The translations under genes and the position numbers were made by a program. DNA of 64,000 nucleotides from Azolla caroliniana. Lineage: Eukaryota; Plantae; Polypodiophyta. The notes beneath the pieces are model-generated. The model was not told the DNA's origin, ran no database searches, and was given only the letters and a program-made list of their open reading frames with translations. The DNA lies in NCBI GenBank assembly GCA_043228905.1, contig JBHGNT010000017.1, positions 8,494,001-8,558,000 on the forward strand, written 5' to 3'. Shown here one piece after another: positions 49,799 to 61,630 of the stretch (positions within the stretch are counted from its first letter, which is position 1; each line of letters begins with the position of its first letter).

Positions 49799-50839
49799 AA
49801 TTTGAACCTACTTACAATGAAATTTTCTCAGAAAGCAACAGTATACAAGATAAAATTATTGCTGAGTAATTGCATATCAATGCGAGTTCTTAACCTTTAC
49901 CAATTGTTACCTGAGCGAACGAATAGTGAGCTTTACTTTCTTCTAGCATACAAATGAAACAAGTACAGGAAACAACTTGTTTGAACTACTTTGTTCCCTT
50001 GTTCTTACAACCTCGTTTTGAAACTCGTCGAGCAATGCCATATTCTCGAATAAAATAAAATAGATTTTCTTTATCCAATTGAAGTTCTGGTCTAAAGCAC
50101 ATAGCGTACTTTTGCGTAATGTTGAAACGTGGTCTATTGCTTTCAAGAAAAATATCCTAACCGTAGGCCTACAGGTGGACAGCTATCTCATATGAACCCC
50201 AGTCCTTAATCTTTACCATTTTTAATGTGAGTGAGGAAAAGGTGAACAAACGGTTACCCTAACGTCCTTATAAGATAGAAACGAAACTAGTTGAGAAGGT
50301 TCGAAGCACGCTTCGGTGTACCAGAAAAGTACTGTTTTTGGCTACAAAAATTGTCAGTACTTTTAGTACTGTTAGTACTGAATAATTCAGAAAAAAAATT
50401 AGAGAAAAAGAAAATCGATTTTGGAGAGTGGGGTGACTGTAGTACAAGTGTCATTTACTGTAGAAGGAGTGGGGGGAACACGTGAGGAGATGTTCTTCCA
50501 TTTTGGGGGCTATTTTTCCCTCATGTCGATTTTGGCGCTTCCCCTCACATCGTTTTAGCGATTCCCCTCATACTGTTCTTCTTCTATCCCTCTGAGCTTT
50601 TCATCACAGACATCCATGTCACGTTTCTGATTTTCCTTCAATCTAAATCTCAGACATCCATGTCTGGTTGGAGTGTTTGAGTTGAGGATTTATGATTTTT
50701 TTAGGGTTTCTGTTTTTGTTAGGTTTCGGTTGAGGTACAGAGACTGTTCTGAGGGTTTAGGTAGCAGCCAATAGTCACTTCTTCGACAACGACTTTCGTA
50801 CTTCCACCGATTGCAATTGATGTCGTGGTGATTTGGGGC

Positions 50840-51450
50840 TTTTTCCACCAAATCGAGGCGGCATTGGAGGTTCCTTCCACCAAATCGAGGCTCCTTCCAC
50901 CAAATCGAGGCGGCATATCCAACGCTCCCTCCACCATTGGAGGTTCCTTCCACCAAATCGAGGCTGCATATCCATGCTCCCTCCACCATTGGAGGTTCCT
51001 TCCACCAAATCGAGGCGGCATATCCAACGCTCCCTCCATCATTGGAGGTTCCTTCCATCCATTTTTTTATTTTCAGTACTAAAATGTTTCATTTCTTCAT
51101 ATTTCAGTACTAAATTTTTAGAATTGACATTTGCCATATTTGATATGTAATTCTAATGTTTGAAACAAAATATTTCTCACTTTGCAGGCCACATTTAAAA
51201 ACATTTGATTGTGTTTTCTTGGTTGAGCCTATATATCCACGCTCCCTCCACCATTGGAGGTTCCTTCCATCCATTTTTTTATTTTCAGTACTAAAATGTT
51301 TCATTTCTTCATATTTCAGCACTAAATTTTTAGAATTGACATTTGTCATATTTGATATGTAATTCTAATGTTTGAAACAAAATATTTCTCACTTTGCTGG
51401 CCACATTTAAAAACATTTGATTGTGTTTTCTTGGTTGAGTCTATATAACA
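50840..51450. repeat. Subterminal tandem repeats (~54-bp unit at 50840-51060; ~210-bp duplication at ~51020-51450)
   Basis: TTCCACCAAATCGAGG...CATTGGAGGTTCC is repeated, and the AT-rich block TTTTCAGTACTAAAATG...CTTGGTTGAG occurs twice. Confidence 0.85.
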
Positions 51451-52788
51451 TTAACTACTTTCGCAAGACACTTAATTTTTGTGGATAAATCTAGTGACCG
51501 AATGGGGGTTCCTAACGAGAGTGAGTTGTCAAGTAACTCATGCATATCTGAAAGGACTAAGAGACGAGTGGTTCTTCACATAGTCCGTTATTTGGTAGAA
51601 ATAACGAAGAGATTTAGTGAAGAGGATCGTAGGGATATTATATGTAGAGTGTTACACCATCAAAGTTTGAATGAAGACATGGAGAGAATAAAATTTAGGG
51701 ACCAATGTGTTTCAGAAGAGATCGTGGAGTCTATGAAGTCATCCCTAGACTTAGTGAAAGGTGTAGAGAGCTTAGACAAACTTGCTGCAAAGAGGGCAGC
51801 CCTACACATGGTTGTGAACGGTGCGAGAGAAAAAAAATATAGTGATACTAAAGTTGCCTTAGCCCTGGGTATTCGAAGAAGGAACTTGAGGAAACATCGT
51901 CGAAATATACACTCAAGCAAATTCAAGTGGCTGGGGTCGGGACGTAGACGACGATATGATGCCTTATCTCAAGAGATTATTGAGAAAGTGGATTCATTTT
52001 GGGCCAAAAATACGCGTGTCTCACCAAATAAGAAGGACGTGTGTAGACAACGAATAAGTCAGGGTAAGTACCAGATTCAACCTAGACACTTCTTGGAGAT
52101 GACAGAGGTATTCCATTTTTTTATATCAATTCACATTCCATAACTTTGTGTTTTGACCAAGTGTATATTAATGTTTGCTATATATATTGGTTGATGTAGG
52201 CTGAATTGTACATGAACTTTAAAGACCAACATCCAAGCTTGACTGTCGGATTCCGCAAGTTCCAAGGTTTGAAACCATTTTATGTTAGAAAATTAAATGC
52301 GAGGAATACATGTTGTTGTGTGTACCATGTGAAGATGGACATGTTAAGGCTAGCAGTGAATGCAATGCGTACTGATTCTAAGGGTATACATGGGGAATTA
52401 TGTGTCTGCACTTGTGAGATTTGTAGACCAAATGGGGAGGATAATAGGTGTAATGCACGAAACATGACTTATGCATCCATTTCTGAGCTATGGAGGTCTT
52501 GTGTTTGTGAAAAAGAACCATCATGTGAGTGGCATCGTCGTACATGTCTATTAAGAACATGTAAGGTTTGTCCGCTACCATTATTTTGTAGGCAGGAGCT
52601 TGATATGGGAAATAGTCATATCGTGAAATGGAAATATTTGGAGTATGTGACTGAAAATATTGGCAAGGGAGTTGTAACTAAGCGTATCAAGGAAGTATAT
52701 AAGGAGACATGTGCTGTGTTGGGATTACGGTCCCTCCGGATGGGATGTCCGGAGATGAATGACGGCAAGCCCGGTTGCGGTTACGGAA

Positions 52789-53052
52789 CCGGATGATGAA
52801 GACCCCGGTTACGGAGCCGGATGATGAAGACCCCGGTTACGGAACCGGATGATGAAGACCCCGGTTACGGAGCCGGATGATGAAGACCCCGGTTACGGAA
52901 CCGGATGATGAAGACCCCGGTTACGGAACCGGATGATGAAGACCCCGGTTACGGAGCCGGATGATGAAGACCCCGGTTACGGAGCCGGATGATGAAGACC
53001 CCGGTTACGGAGCCGGATGATGAAGACCCCGGTTACGGAACCGGATGATGAA
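52789..53052. repeat. 28-bp tandem repeat (9 copies plus partial) in copia U3; repeated at 57713-57976
   Basis: CCGGATGATGAAGACCCCGGTTACGGA(A/G). Confidence 0.95.
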
Positions 53053-53558
53053 TGTACCCGGAGAGAGATCCGGATGCGGAGACATATTTGTGAATATGTT
53101 TGCCAAGAGCCCTTGAGGCTATATTTGTAAATAGCCCGAAAGTCATATGTGTATAAATATGACTTAGGGCAAACAGTTTTATGTTGTTGTTGCTCATTGT
53201 CTGTTTTTCCACTTAGAGGGAGCGAAGTGAGAGCAGCCGAGAGAGAGAGAGAGAGAAACGAAGAGGTCGACGCCTCTGTGTAATACCGCCGCCTGTGGCG
53301 AGGACAGCGAGCTCAAGGTTGTTGCCTTGTAGCCTCGCCATTGTATATTCCAGTGTATAGTGGTAGTTGGAGTCGTGCACTCCCGTGGTTTTTCCCGTTT
53401 AGGGTTTTCCACGTTATACCCTGTGTATTCATCTCTCTGTGTCTTTGTTTTCATTTTTCTGCTGCATTGATCCGTGTTGTCTCGGTTGTGGCCGAGAGGC
53501 GAAAGATTTGATAGCGTCAAAACTTTACAAAGTGGTATCAGAGCGACTGTTGCAGAAA

Positions 53559-56500
53559 ATGGAAGGCGGCGGCAGCGGGCAGCCGATGATGATGGTGCTG
53601 AATGCACAGAATTACGCCGACTGGAAGATCAAGATGGAGGATCTTCTGATTGTTCGAGACCTGTACGAACCGATTGACAGGTCGGAAATACCGAAAGGGG
53701 TACTTGAGTCGGAGTGGAAGCTCCTGAACCGGAAAGCCGTAGCGACGATCCGACAATACGTCGATGTAAGCGTCCTACAACATGTGGCGAACGACACCAA
53801 CGCATACGAGATGTGGAAGAAGCTGACGGGCCTCTATGAGAGGAAGAATGCGTTGAACCGGACCTCCCTGATGAGGAAGATTGTGAATCTCAAGTACCGG
53901 GACGGCGAGAGTATGGTGGAACACGTAAGCACGTTCATGGGATTCGTGAACCAGCTTGCGGCGACCAAGTTCCCGTTGGAGGATGCAATGCAAGCCATCA
54001 ATGTGTACATTGCCGGACAGCTGGGAGAACTTGGTGGTGACTCTCAGCACCTCCTGCACGGAAGACAACTTGTCCCTACAAACGGTAAAGACAAGTATTC
54101 TAAATGAAGAAGCGCGTCGGAGAGATAAAGAACCGGCCTCCGACTCGAAGGCGCTGCTTACCGAATCGGAACGGGGAAGACACTGGAACCGGAGTCCGCA
54201 AAGACGGGAGAAGTCGGGGACCCGGTCGCAGTCAAGAGGAAGACCCATTTGCTTCCACTGTGGGAAGCCGGGGCACTTCCGGAAAAATTGTCGGCATTAC
54301 CGAAAGGACAACGGAGCCGACGACACCGATTCGAAGAAATCACCGGAGAGAAACGGTGCATACCGGGGAGCCACGGACCGGAGAGGTCCGGATCGGCGAG
54401 GGCAGGACCGGAAAGGAACGACGGCACTCGCGGCAAGTGAAGAAGAGATAATGCTCATTACCGAAGAGAGGGAGCTGAACCTTGCCGGCGTAGAGATGAC
54501 CTGGGTGGTCGATTCCGGAGCGTCGTTCCACCTGACCCCGGAGAAGAAATACTTCTCATCCTACACAGCCGGTGAGCACGGCTGTGTCCGGATGGGAAAT
54601 GAAGGTACGTGCCGGATAGCCGGCATAGGAGACGTGTGGCTGATGACATCAACCGGATGCAAGATGCTGTTGAAGGATGTGCGACACGTTCCGGAGGTCC
54701 GATTGAACCTGATCTCGGCCGGGAGGCTAGATGATGAAGGCTACACGGGTAGCATCCGGAACGGCGTAATGAAGTTCAGCAAGGGGAGCCTGATAGTGGC
54801 TCGGGCCCGGAAGGTCAACACTCTGTACCTGATGAATGCCCGGTTATGTCCGGAAGAGCTGAATGTAGCAGCCGACACTGCCGGTGAGCTGTGGCACAAA
54901 AGACTGTGCCACATGAGTGAGAAGGGGATGAAGAGGCTTGCAGAAGACAACCTTATTCCAGTGAAGCATGTGCACCTGGAGAAGTGCACCGACTGCCTGG
55001 CCGGTAAGCAAAACCGGACCTCCTTCCACTCAAGGCCACCGACGAGACGTAGCGCACCCTTGGAGCTGGTGCACACTGATGTGTGTCAGGTAGAAACGAA
55101 GTCACATGGCGGAGCCCAGTACTTCGTGACATTCATTGATGATCACAGCCGGAAGCTGTGGACGGCACCGTTGAAGACAAAGGACCAAGTATTGTCCGTC
55201 TTCAAAGAACTCCACGCGAGAGTGGAAAGGGAATCCGGCAAGAAGCTGAAAGCGATACGAGCGGATAACGGAGGGGAATACCGGGGGCAGTTCCAGGAGT
55301 ACTGCCGCTCGAAGGGAATCCGGCTCGAGTTTACTGTGCCGAAGACGCCGGAACTGAACGGGCTGGCCGAGAGGATGAATCGGACCATAATGGAGAGGGT
55401 CCGGAGTATGCTAGCGCATGCGAAACTACCCAAGGGATTTTGGGCTGAGGCAATGTCGACGGCGACGTATGTGATAAATAGATCACCCTCAGTACCTTTG
55501 GACGGAGACACGCCGCAGAAAGTGTGGACCGGTAAGGAAGTGTCCTACCGGCATCTGAAGGTGTTCGGGTGTCTCACATACGTGCATGTGGCAAAGGACC
55601 GGAGAGGAAAGTTAGATCCAAAGACCCGGCCATGCATATTCCTCGGTTACGGCGACGACGAGTTCGGCTACCGAGTATGGGACCCGGTCGACAAGAAGAT
55701 ATTCAGGAGTCGAGATATCATTTTCATGGAGGACAAGACGCTCGCCGACTGGGAGTCGGAGAAGAAGATGAAGAGCTCCAAGTCGACCGGTGAGGATAAA
55801 CTCTACGAGGAGCAGTCCCGACCGGCAAGGGACCGGTTAACACTCGAAGACCCGGCCGAAGACGGTGAAGAAACAGAACCGGCTGAAGAAGATGAAAATG
55901 ATACCGGAACCGGCCCCGATCCCGAAATGGATTCGGATGAAGAAGAAGAATCGGAAGAACCGGTTACCGAAGCTCCCGAACGGAGATATCCTCTAAGAGA
56001 GAGAAGGGCCCCCCGGAGATTTCCGGAACCAGAGCACGTGCTGCTAACCGACGAGGGGGAGCCGGAGAGCTTTGAAGAAGCAAAGCACGACACCCAGAGC
56101 CGCAGGTGGTTAAGTGCCATGCAGGAGGAGATGGATTCCCTGCATGAGAACCACACATATGAACTTGTGGAGTTGCCGAAAGGAAAGCGGGCACTTCGAA
56201 ACAAGTGGGTGTTCAAGCTGAAACCGGGAGATGCCGGAAACCCCCAGAGATACAAAGCCAGGATCGTGGTGAAGGGGTTCCAGCAGAAGAAGGGCGTCGA
56301 CTTCGACGAGATATTTGCCCCGGTAGTGAAGATGACCTCCATCCGGACGGTGCTGAGCATAGCGGCAAGCATGGACCTCGAGGTAGAACAGATGGACGTG
56401 AAGACGGCATTCCTTCACGGTGACCTCGAAGAAGAGATCTACATGCAGCAACCGGAAGGATTCGAGAAGAAAGGGAAGGAGCACCTGGTATGCCGGTTGA

Positions 56501-57630
56501 AGAAGAGCCTTTACGGACTGAAGCAGGCTCCCCGGCAATGGTACCGGAAGTTCGACTCCTTCATGACCGACGAAGGGTACCTCAAAACGCAGTCCGACCA
56601 CTGCGTGTTTGTGAAGAAGTTCGAAGGAGGAGACTTTCTAATACTCCTCCTGTACGTGGACGACATGTTGATCGTCGGACGGGACCAGGTCAAGATACGG
56701 ATGCTGAAGAAGGCTCTTCACCGAACCTTCTCAATGAAGGACATGGGTCCGGCGAGGCAAATACTAGGGATGCACATCATCCGGGACCGGAAGAAGAAGC
56801 AGTTGTGGCTGTCACAGGAGAAGTACGTGACGAAGGTGCTTCACCGGTTCAACATGTCGGAAGCAAGACCGGTCGGATCGACCCTCCCGGCAAACTGCAA
56901 GCTGTCCAGCAAGCAATGTCCCAAGACAAAAGCTGAAAAGGAGGATATGATGAAAGTGCCGTATGCCTCAGCCGTCGGGAGCTTGATGTACGCCATGGTG
57001 TGTACGAGACCGGATATAGGATACGCAGTCGGAGTGGTGAGCCGGTACATGAGCAATCCCGGCAAAGAGCACTGGAACGCGGTCAAGTGGATACTCCGAT
57101 ACCTGAAGGGCACAGCGAATGTGTGCCTCCGATTCGGCTCCGGTAAGCCCGAACTCGACGGCTTCACCGATTCGGATATGTCGGCTGATGCAGATACCAG
57201 CCGGTCCACATCAGGGTATGTGATGACGTATGCAGGGGGAGCCGTTTCGTGGCAATCGAGGCTGCAGAAGACGGTTGCGTTGTCAACCACGGAGGCGGAG
57301 TACATGGCAGCTGTTGAAGCCGGCAAGGAAGTAATATGGATGAAGGACTTCATTAGAGAGCTCGGTATCCGGCAGGAGGAGTACCGACTCTACTGCGACA
57401 GTCAGAGTGCAATCCACCTTGCGAAGAACGCGGCCTATCACTCCCGGACGAAGCACATCCAACGAAGATATCACTGGATCCGGGAAAGGATAGAAGACAA
57501 GGAGTTCGTGCTGACGAAGGTCCACACGGACGAGAACGGGTCGGATATGCTGACCAAGGTGCTCACACCCGACAAGCTGGAAGCATGCCGGAAGAGGATC
57601 GGATTGGAGAGACATCCCATGCCGAAGTGA
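53559..57630 (+). CDS. Copia Gag-Pol polyprotein with a single frameshift in gag near 54000
   Basis: Gag from ATG 53559. The frame changes between DAMQAI and MCTLPDSW, then stays open through CFHCGKPGH, WVVDSGAS, integrase, RT (LYVDDM) and RNase H to 57630. Confidence 0.92.
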
Positions 57631-59089
57631 AGGGGGAGTTTGTTGGGATTACGGTCCCTCCGGATGGGATGTCCGGAGATGAATGACGGCAAGCCCGGTT
57701 GCGGTTACGGAACCGGATGATGAAGACCCCGGTTACGGAGCCGGATGATGAAGACCCCGGTTACGGAACCGGATGATGAAGACCCCGGTTACGGAGCCGG
57801 ATGATGAAGACCCCGGTTACGGAACCGGATGATGAAGACCCCGGTTACGGAACCGGATGATGAAGACCCCGGTTACGGAGCCGGATGATGAAGACCCCGG
57901 TTACGGAGCCGGATGATGAAGACCCCGGTTACGGAGCCGGATGATGAAGACCCCGGTTACGGAACCGGATGATGAATGTACCCGGAGAGAGATCCGGATG
58001 CGGAGACATATTTGTGAATATGTTTGCCAAGAGCCCTTGAGGCTATATTTGTAAATAGCCCGAAAGTCATATGTGTATAAATATGACTTAGGGCAAACAG
58101 TTTTATGTTGTTGTTGCTCATTGTCTGTTTTTCCACTTAGAGGGAGCGAAGTGAGAGCAGCCGAGAGAGAGAGAGAGAGAAACGAAGAGGTCGACGCCTC
58201 TGTGTAATACCGCCGCCTGTGGCGAGGACAGCGAGCTCAAGGTTGTTGCCTTGTAGCCTCGCCATTGTATATTCCAGTGTATAGTGGTAGTTGGAGTCGT
58301 GCACTCCCGTGGTTTTTCCCGTTTAGGGTTTTCCACGTTATACCCTGTGTATTCATCTCTCTGTGTCTTTGTTTTCATTTTTCTGCTGCATTGATCCGTG
58401 TTGTCTCGGTTGTGGCCGAGAGGCGAAAGATTTGATAGCGTCAAAACTTTACATGCTGCTACCCTTGTCTCAGAATTTAAGAAACAACTTGGGGAGTTTA
58501 TTCCACATAACTTCCGGAGTTATTGACAAAATTCACAGTTCAAGGAATGTATTAATAACTTACCAACGGGTGTCATTGTATCCGTTATTGATTTTGCAGA
58601 AAACTATACATTTAAAGTTCAAAATGAGGTTCAATCAATGCATTGGTACAATGATCAATGTACAATACTTGTACATATTTGCTATTGGAGGCAAGACGGT
58701 GAGTTACATAAGAAATCAATATTTTACATTTCAGATGATAAAAAGCATGATACACTATTTGTTCAACATTGTTTTAAGCTTCACCATGCAGATTTATTTT
58801 CTCTAGGGTTAACCTTTAACCGTCATTGGGTTTGGTCTGATGGTGCTGCCTCGCAGTTTAAGGCGGCACGATCGTTCTACTTTATCGCCAGGTAATTTTT
58901 AATCCATATGTTTAGTACTTATCATGCAATGTGTAAGGAAGTAATTCTTGTGTTAGTGGATGCATACTAATTATGTTTGTAACTATTAACAAATAGTACT
59001 AGTCACATGGATGCATACTAATTATGTTTGTAACTATTCGAATCTTGCACTTGTGAATGGATGCATGCATACTAATTTTGTTTGTATTA

Positions 59090-59930
59090 TGTTGTACTAA
59101 GTAACTTTTAATCCATGTGAAGTGTTCTCCATAGACACATTGTACTATGTTGTGTTTACAGAAGGATGTAAAGTACTCATCTTGTACTCATAGTATTGTC
59201 CGTCCTTAAGAGAATTGTACTAATGATCTTTTTATCCATGTGAAGTGTTCTCCATAGACACATTGTACTATGTTGTGTGTATAGAAGGATGTAAAGTACT
59301 CATCTTGTACTTAGAGTATTGTCCGTCCTTAAGAGAATTGTACTAATTATGTTTTAATCCATGTGAAGGGTTCTCCATATACACATTGTACTATGTTGTG
59401 TGTTGGTTCTGTACTATGTTGTGTTTACAAAAGGATGTAAAGTACTCATCTTGTACTCATAGTATTGTCCGTCCTTAAGAGAATTGTACTAAGTATCGAT
59501 TAATCCATGTGAAGGGTTCTCCATAGACACATTGTACTATGTTGTGTGTTGGTTCTGTACTATGTTGTGTTTACAAAAGGATGTAAAGTACTCATCTTGT
59601 ACTTATAGTATTGTCCGTCCTTAAGAGAATTGTACTAATTATGTTTTAATCCATGTGAAGGGTTCTCCATAGACACATTGTACTATGTTGTGTGTTGTAT
59701 CTGTACTATGTTGTGTTTACAGGAGGATGTAAAGTACTCATCTTGTACTCATAGTATTGTCCGTCCTTAAGAGAATTGTACTAAGTATCGATTAATCCAT
59801 GTGAAGGGTTCTCCATAGACACATTGTACTATGTTGTGTGTTGTATTTGTACTATGTTGTGTTTACAGGAGGATGTAAAGTACTCATCTTGTACTCATAG
59901 TATTGTCCGTCCTTAAGAGAATTGTACTAA
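59090..59930. repeat. Intronic minisatellite, 6 units of 123/146 bp
   Basis: ATCCATGTGAAG at 59111, 59234, 59357, 59503, 59649, 59795. Confidence 0.9.
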
Positions 59931-61630
59931 ATCAGTATTTACTCATGTTGTACTCATAGTATTGTACTCATCTTGTACTCATCTTTTAAACACACTGTGT
60001 GGTACTGATTATCTATTAATCAATGTTCAGCGTATCTATACTAAATCAGTGTTTATTGGGGGATGTAAAGTACATGTCCTGTAGTACTAATGATCTTCTA
60101 AGGAGGGTTGTGTTCTCCGTGGACACATTGTATTGTACTATCCGATATTGAACATTTTGTACTATTTATCTGTTAATACATGTAGAGTGCTTTCCATGAA
60201 CTCATTGTACTATACTTTGTGCTATATCCATACTAAGTTAGTATTAAATGGATGCCAGGTACTGTTGGTTGACAACATAGTACTATTTATCTTTTAATAA
60301 GTGTAGAGTGTTCTCAATGGATACGTTGTGCTATGCTTTGTTTTGTATTTGTACTAAATCAGTATTAATGGAAGTGTAGTACTCTCAATTGACAACATAG
60401 TACTAATTTTGTTGGAAACCTGAGATACCAAAGCAGGTATTTCTCCTTATTCAATATTCGTATGCAATGGAATTACTTCGGGTCTGGACATGGAAAAGGA
60501 GAGCATGATGGCGCGGGGGCTGTGATCAAACGTGCCCTTACAAGTGAGCAGTTGGATAATAATGGCGCTAAGTTACAAAATGCACATGATGTTGTGCAGT
60601 GGCTAACATGGAAGATGTCAAATGATGGTAAGAACAGATTGTTTGTTGAAGTTCGCGCTGATGAGGTCGATAGAACTAAATCATATGGTTGTAAAACCGT
60701 GAAAGGCACACGTAGCACCCATTGTGTGTTAGGGTTTAGCCGCAAGGACACAACCCAATTGTTACTCTGTAGTTTATCATGCTTTTGTTCCATGTGTCTA
60801 GATGAAGCTTGGGATAAATGCATCAACCTATCAATCGTGGAGCCCTGGAAGCTGCAGAAGCTTGAGCCTGAACGACAAGATGATATTGAAGAGGATGTGC
60901 ATTCAAACGATATTGTATACTACAACCAAAATCAAGACTTGGCAGTTTTATTGGAAGTTGGAGATCATTTTGCAGTGCTCAAATATTCTCAGAATGAAGA
61001 TTTAGAAGACTACTACATTGTGGTGTGCAAGCAAGGAAAGACATTATTGAAAGAAGTGGTGAGGGATGGTTGGGGCAACAATTTCAACGTTGGTGAGTCT
61101 GTCGTGTATGGAAACTATTATGCAAAGTTGCCGTAGTGCAAGAACACATATGCATTACTAAAAGAAGCACCCATCGCAATAATCTACGCTGATGCCATTC
61201 TTGCGATCAAATTCAATATGACTCAAGCAAAGCACAAGGTTAAGGGATACAACACTGTCTACAAGGTCCCCCAAGAGGTTCATGAGCACATATTAGGGGA
61301 GGTCTCTCTATTTAATGCTTGAAAGTCACCCTATCAATACATTGTACCAGAAAACTGAAAAACATCCACTTGGAGTTCACTATTAATTTTGATGATTGAC
61401 AAATGAATTGATATATTTCTTCTTTCTTCCAAAGGGTTTATGCCTCTCAACCACTTGTACTTATCTTTCATAAATCTGCTCTTCTTTTGCTACCAAGAAA
61501 AGATTGTTAGTTGAATTCATTAAAGACTTTAATATTGTAAGATTTTCTACTGTAAGTTCATTCTTCAAAGGGGGTGATGAATTCTGTGAAGACAACAATG
61601 AAAATTATTCTCTCAGAATCCATTTTTGTT

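Larger units (their letters stand above)
29071..50296 (-). repeat. ~21-kb tandem array of ~700-bp units, each with one tRNA-Gly(UCC) and one decayed tRNA-Gly copy; higher-order repeats
   Basis: 28 full tRNA copies at spacings of 679-725 or 965 bp; 6572-bp and 1651-bp periodicities are visible in the repeated ORF track. Confidence 0.95.
52717..58453 (+). mobile_element. Very young full-length Ty1/copia; 813-bp LTRs 52717-53529 and 57641-58453
   Basis: TGTTG...TTACA LTRs with no difference I could find, TSD TGCTG (52712-52716, 58454-58458), Met-i PBS TGGTATCAGAGC 53533-53544, PPT GAAGGGGGAG before 57641. Confidence 0.97.
51502..61322 (+). pseudogene. Sola2-like transposase pseudogene, 3 exons (51502-52107; 52200-58891 minus copia; 60437-61322)
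   Basis: GT-AG introns 52108-52199 and 58892-60436 restore the frame. Motifs LKPFYV..TCCC.YH, IDFAENY..Q.EVQSMHW, ISDD.KHD, WSDGAASQFK, GHGKGEHDGAGA.IK. Premature stops at 58524 (TGA) and 61134 (TAG), plus the copia insertion. Confidence 0.82.

Noticed and set aside
29688-50146. Dozens of repeated 64-104 aa ORFs (MTQAYMRY..., MIIILSC...) as a peptide gene family
   Set aside because: They are translations through the tRNA and pseudo-tRNA. Starts and stops vary between units, and there is no recognisable domain.
29071-50296. 5S rDNA or organellar tRNA cluster
   Set aside because: No 5S sequence was recognised, and the tRNA is of the plant cytosolic type and lacks the plastid trnG-UCC intron.
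50690-51150. Overlapping repetitive ORFs (WWKEPP / PPRFGGR)
   Set aside because: Artefact of the ~54-bp stop-free tandem repeat being open in several frames.
52789-53052. CRISPR-like 28-bp repeats
   Set aside because: Head-to-tail with no spacers, inside both LTRs, and no cas genes.
53194-57692. Many antisense or alternate-frame ORFs over the copia and gypsy polyproteins
   Set aside because: Expected shadows of GC-rich, long coding frames; no independent motifs.
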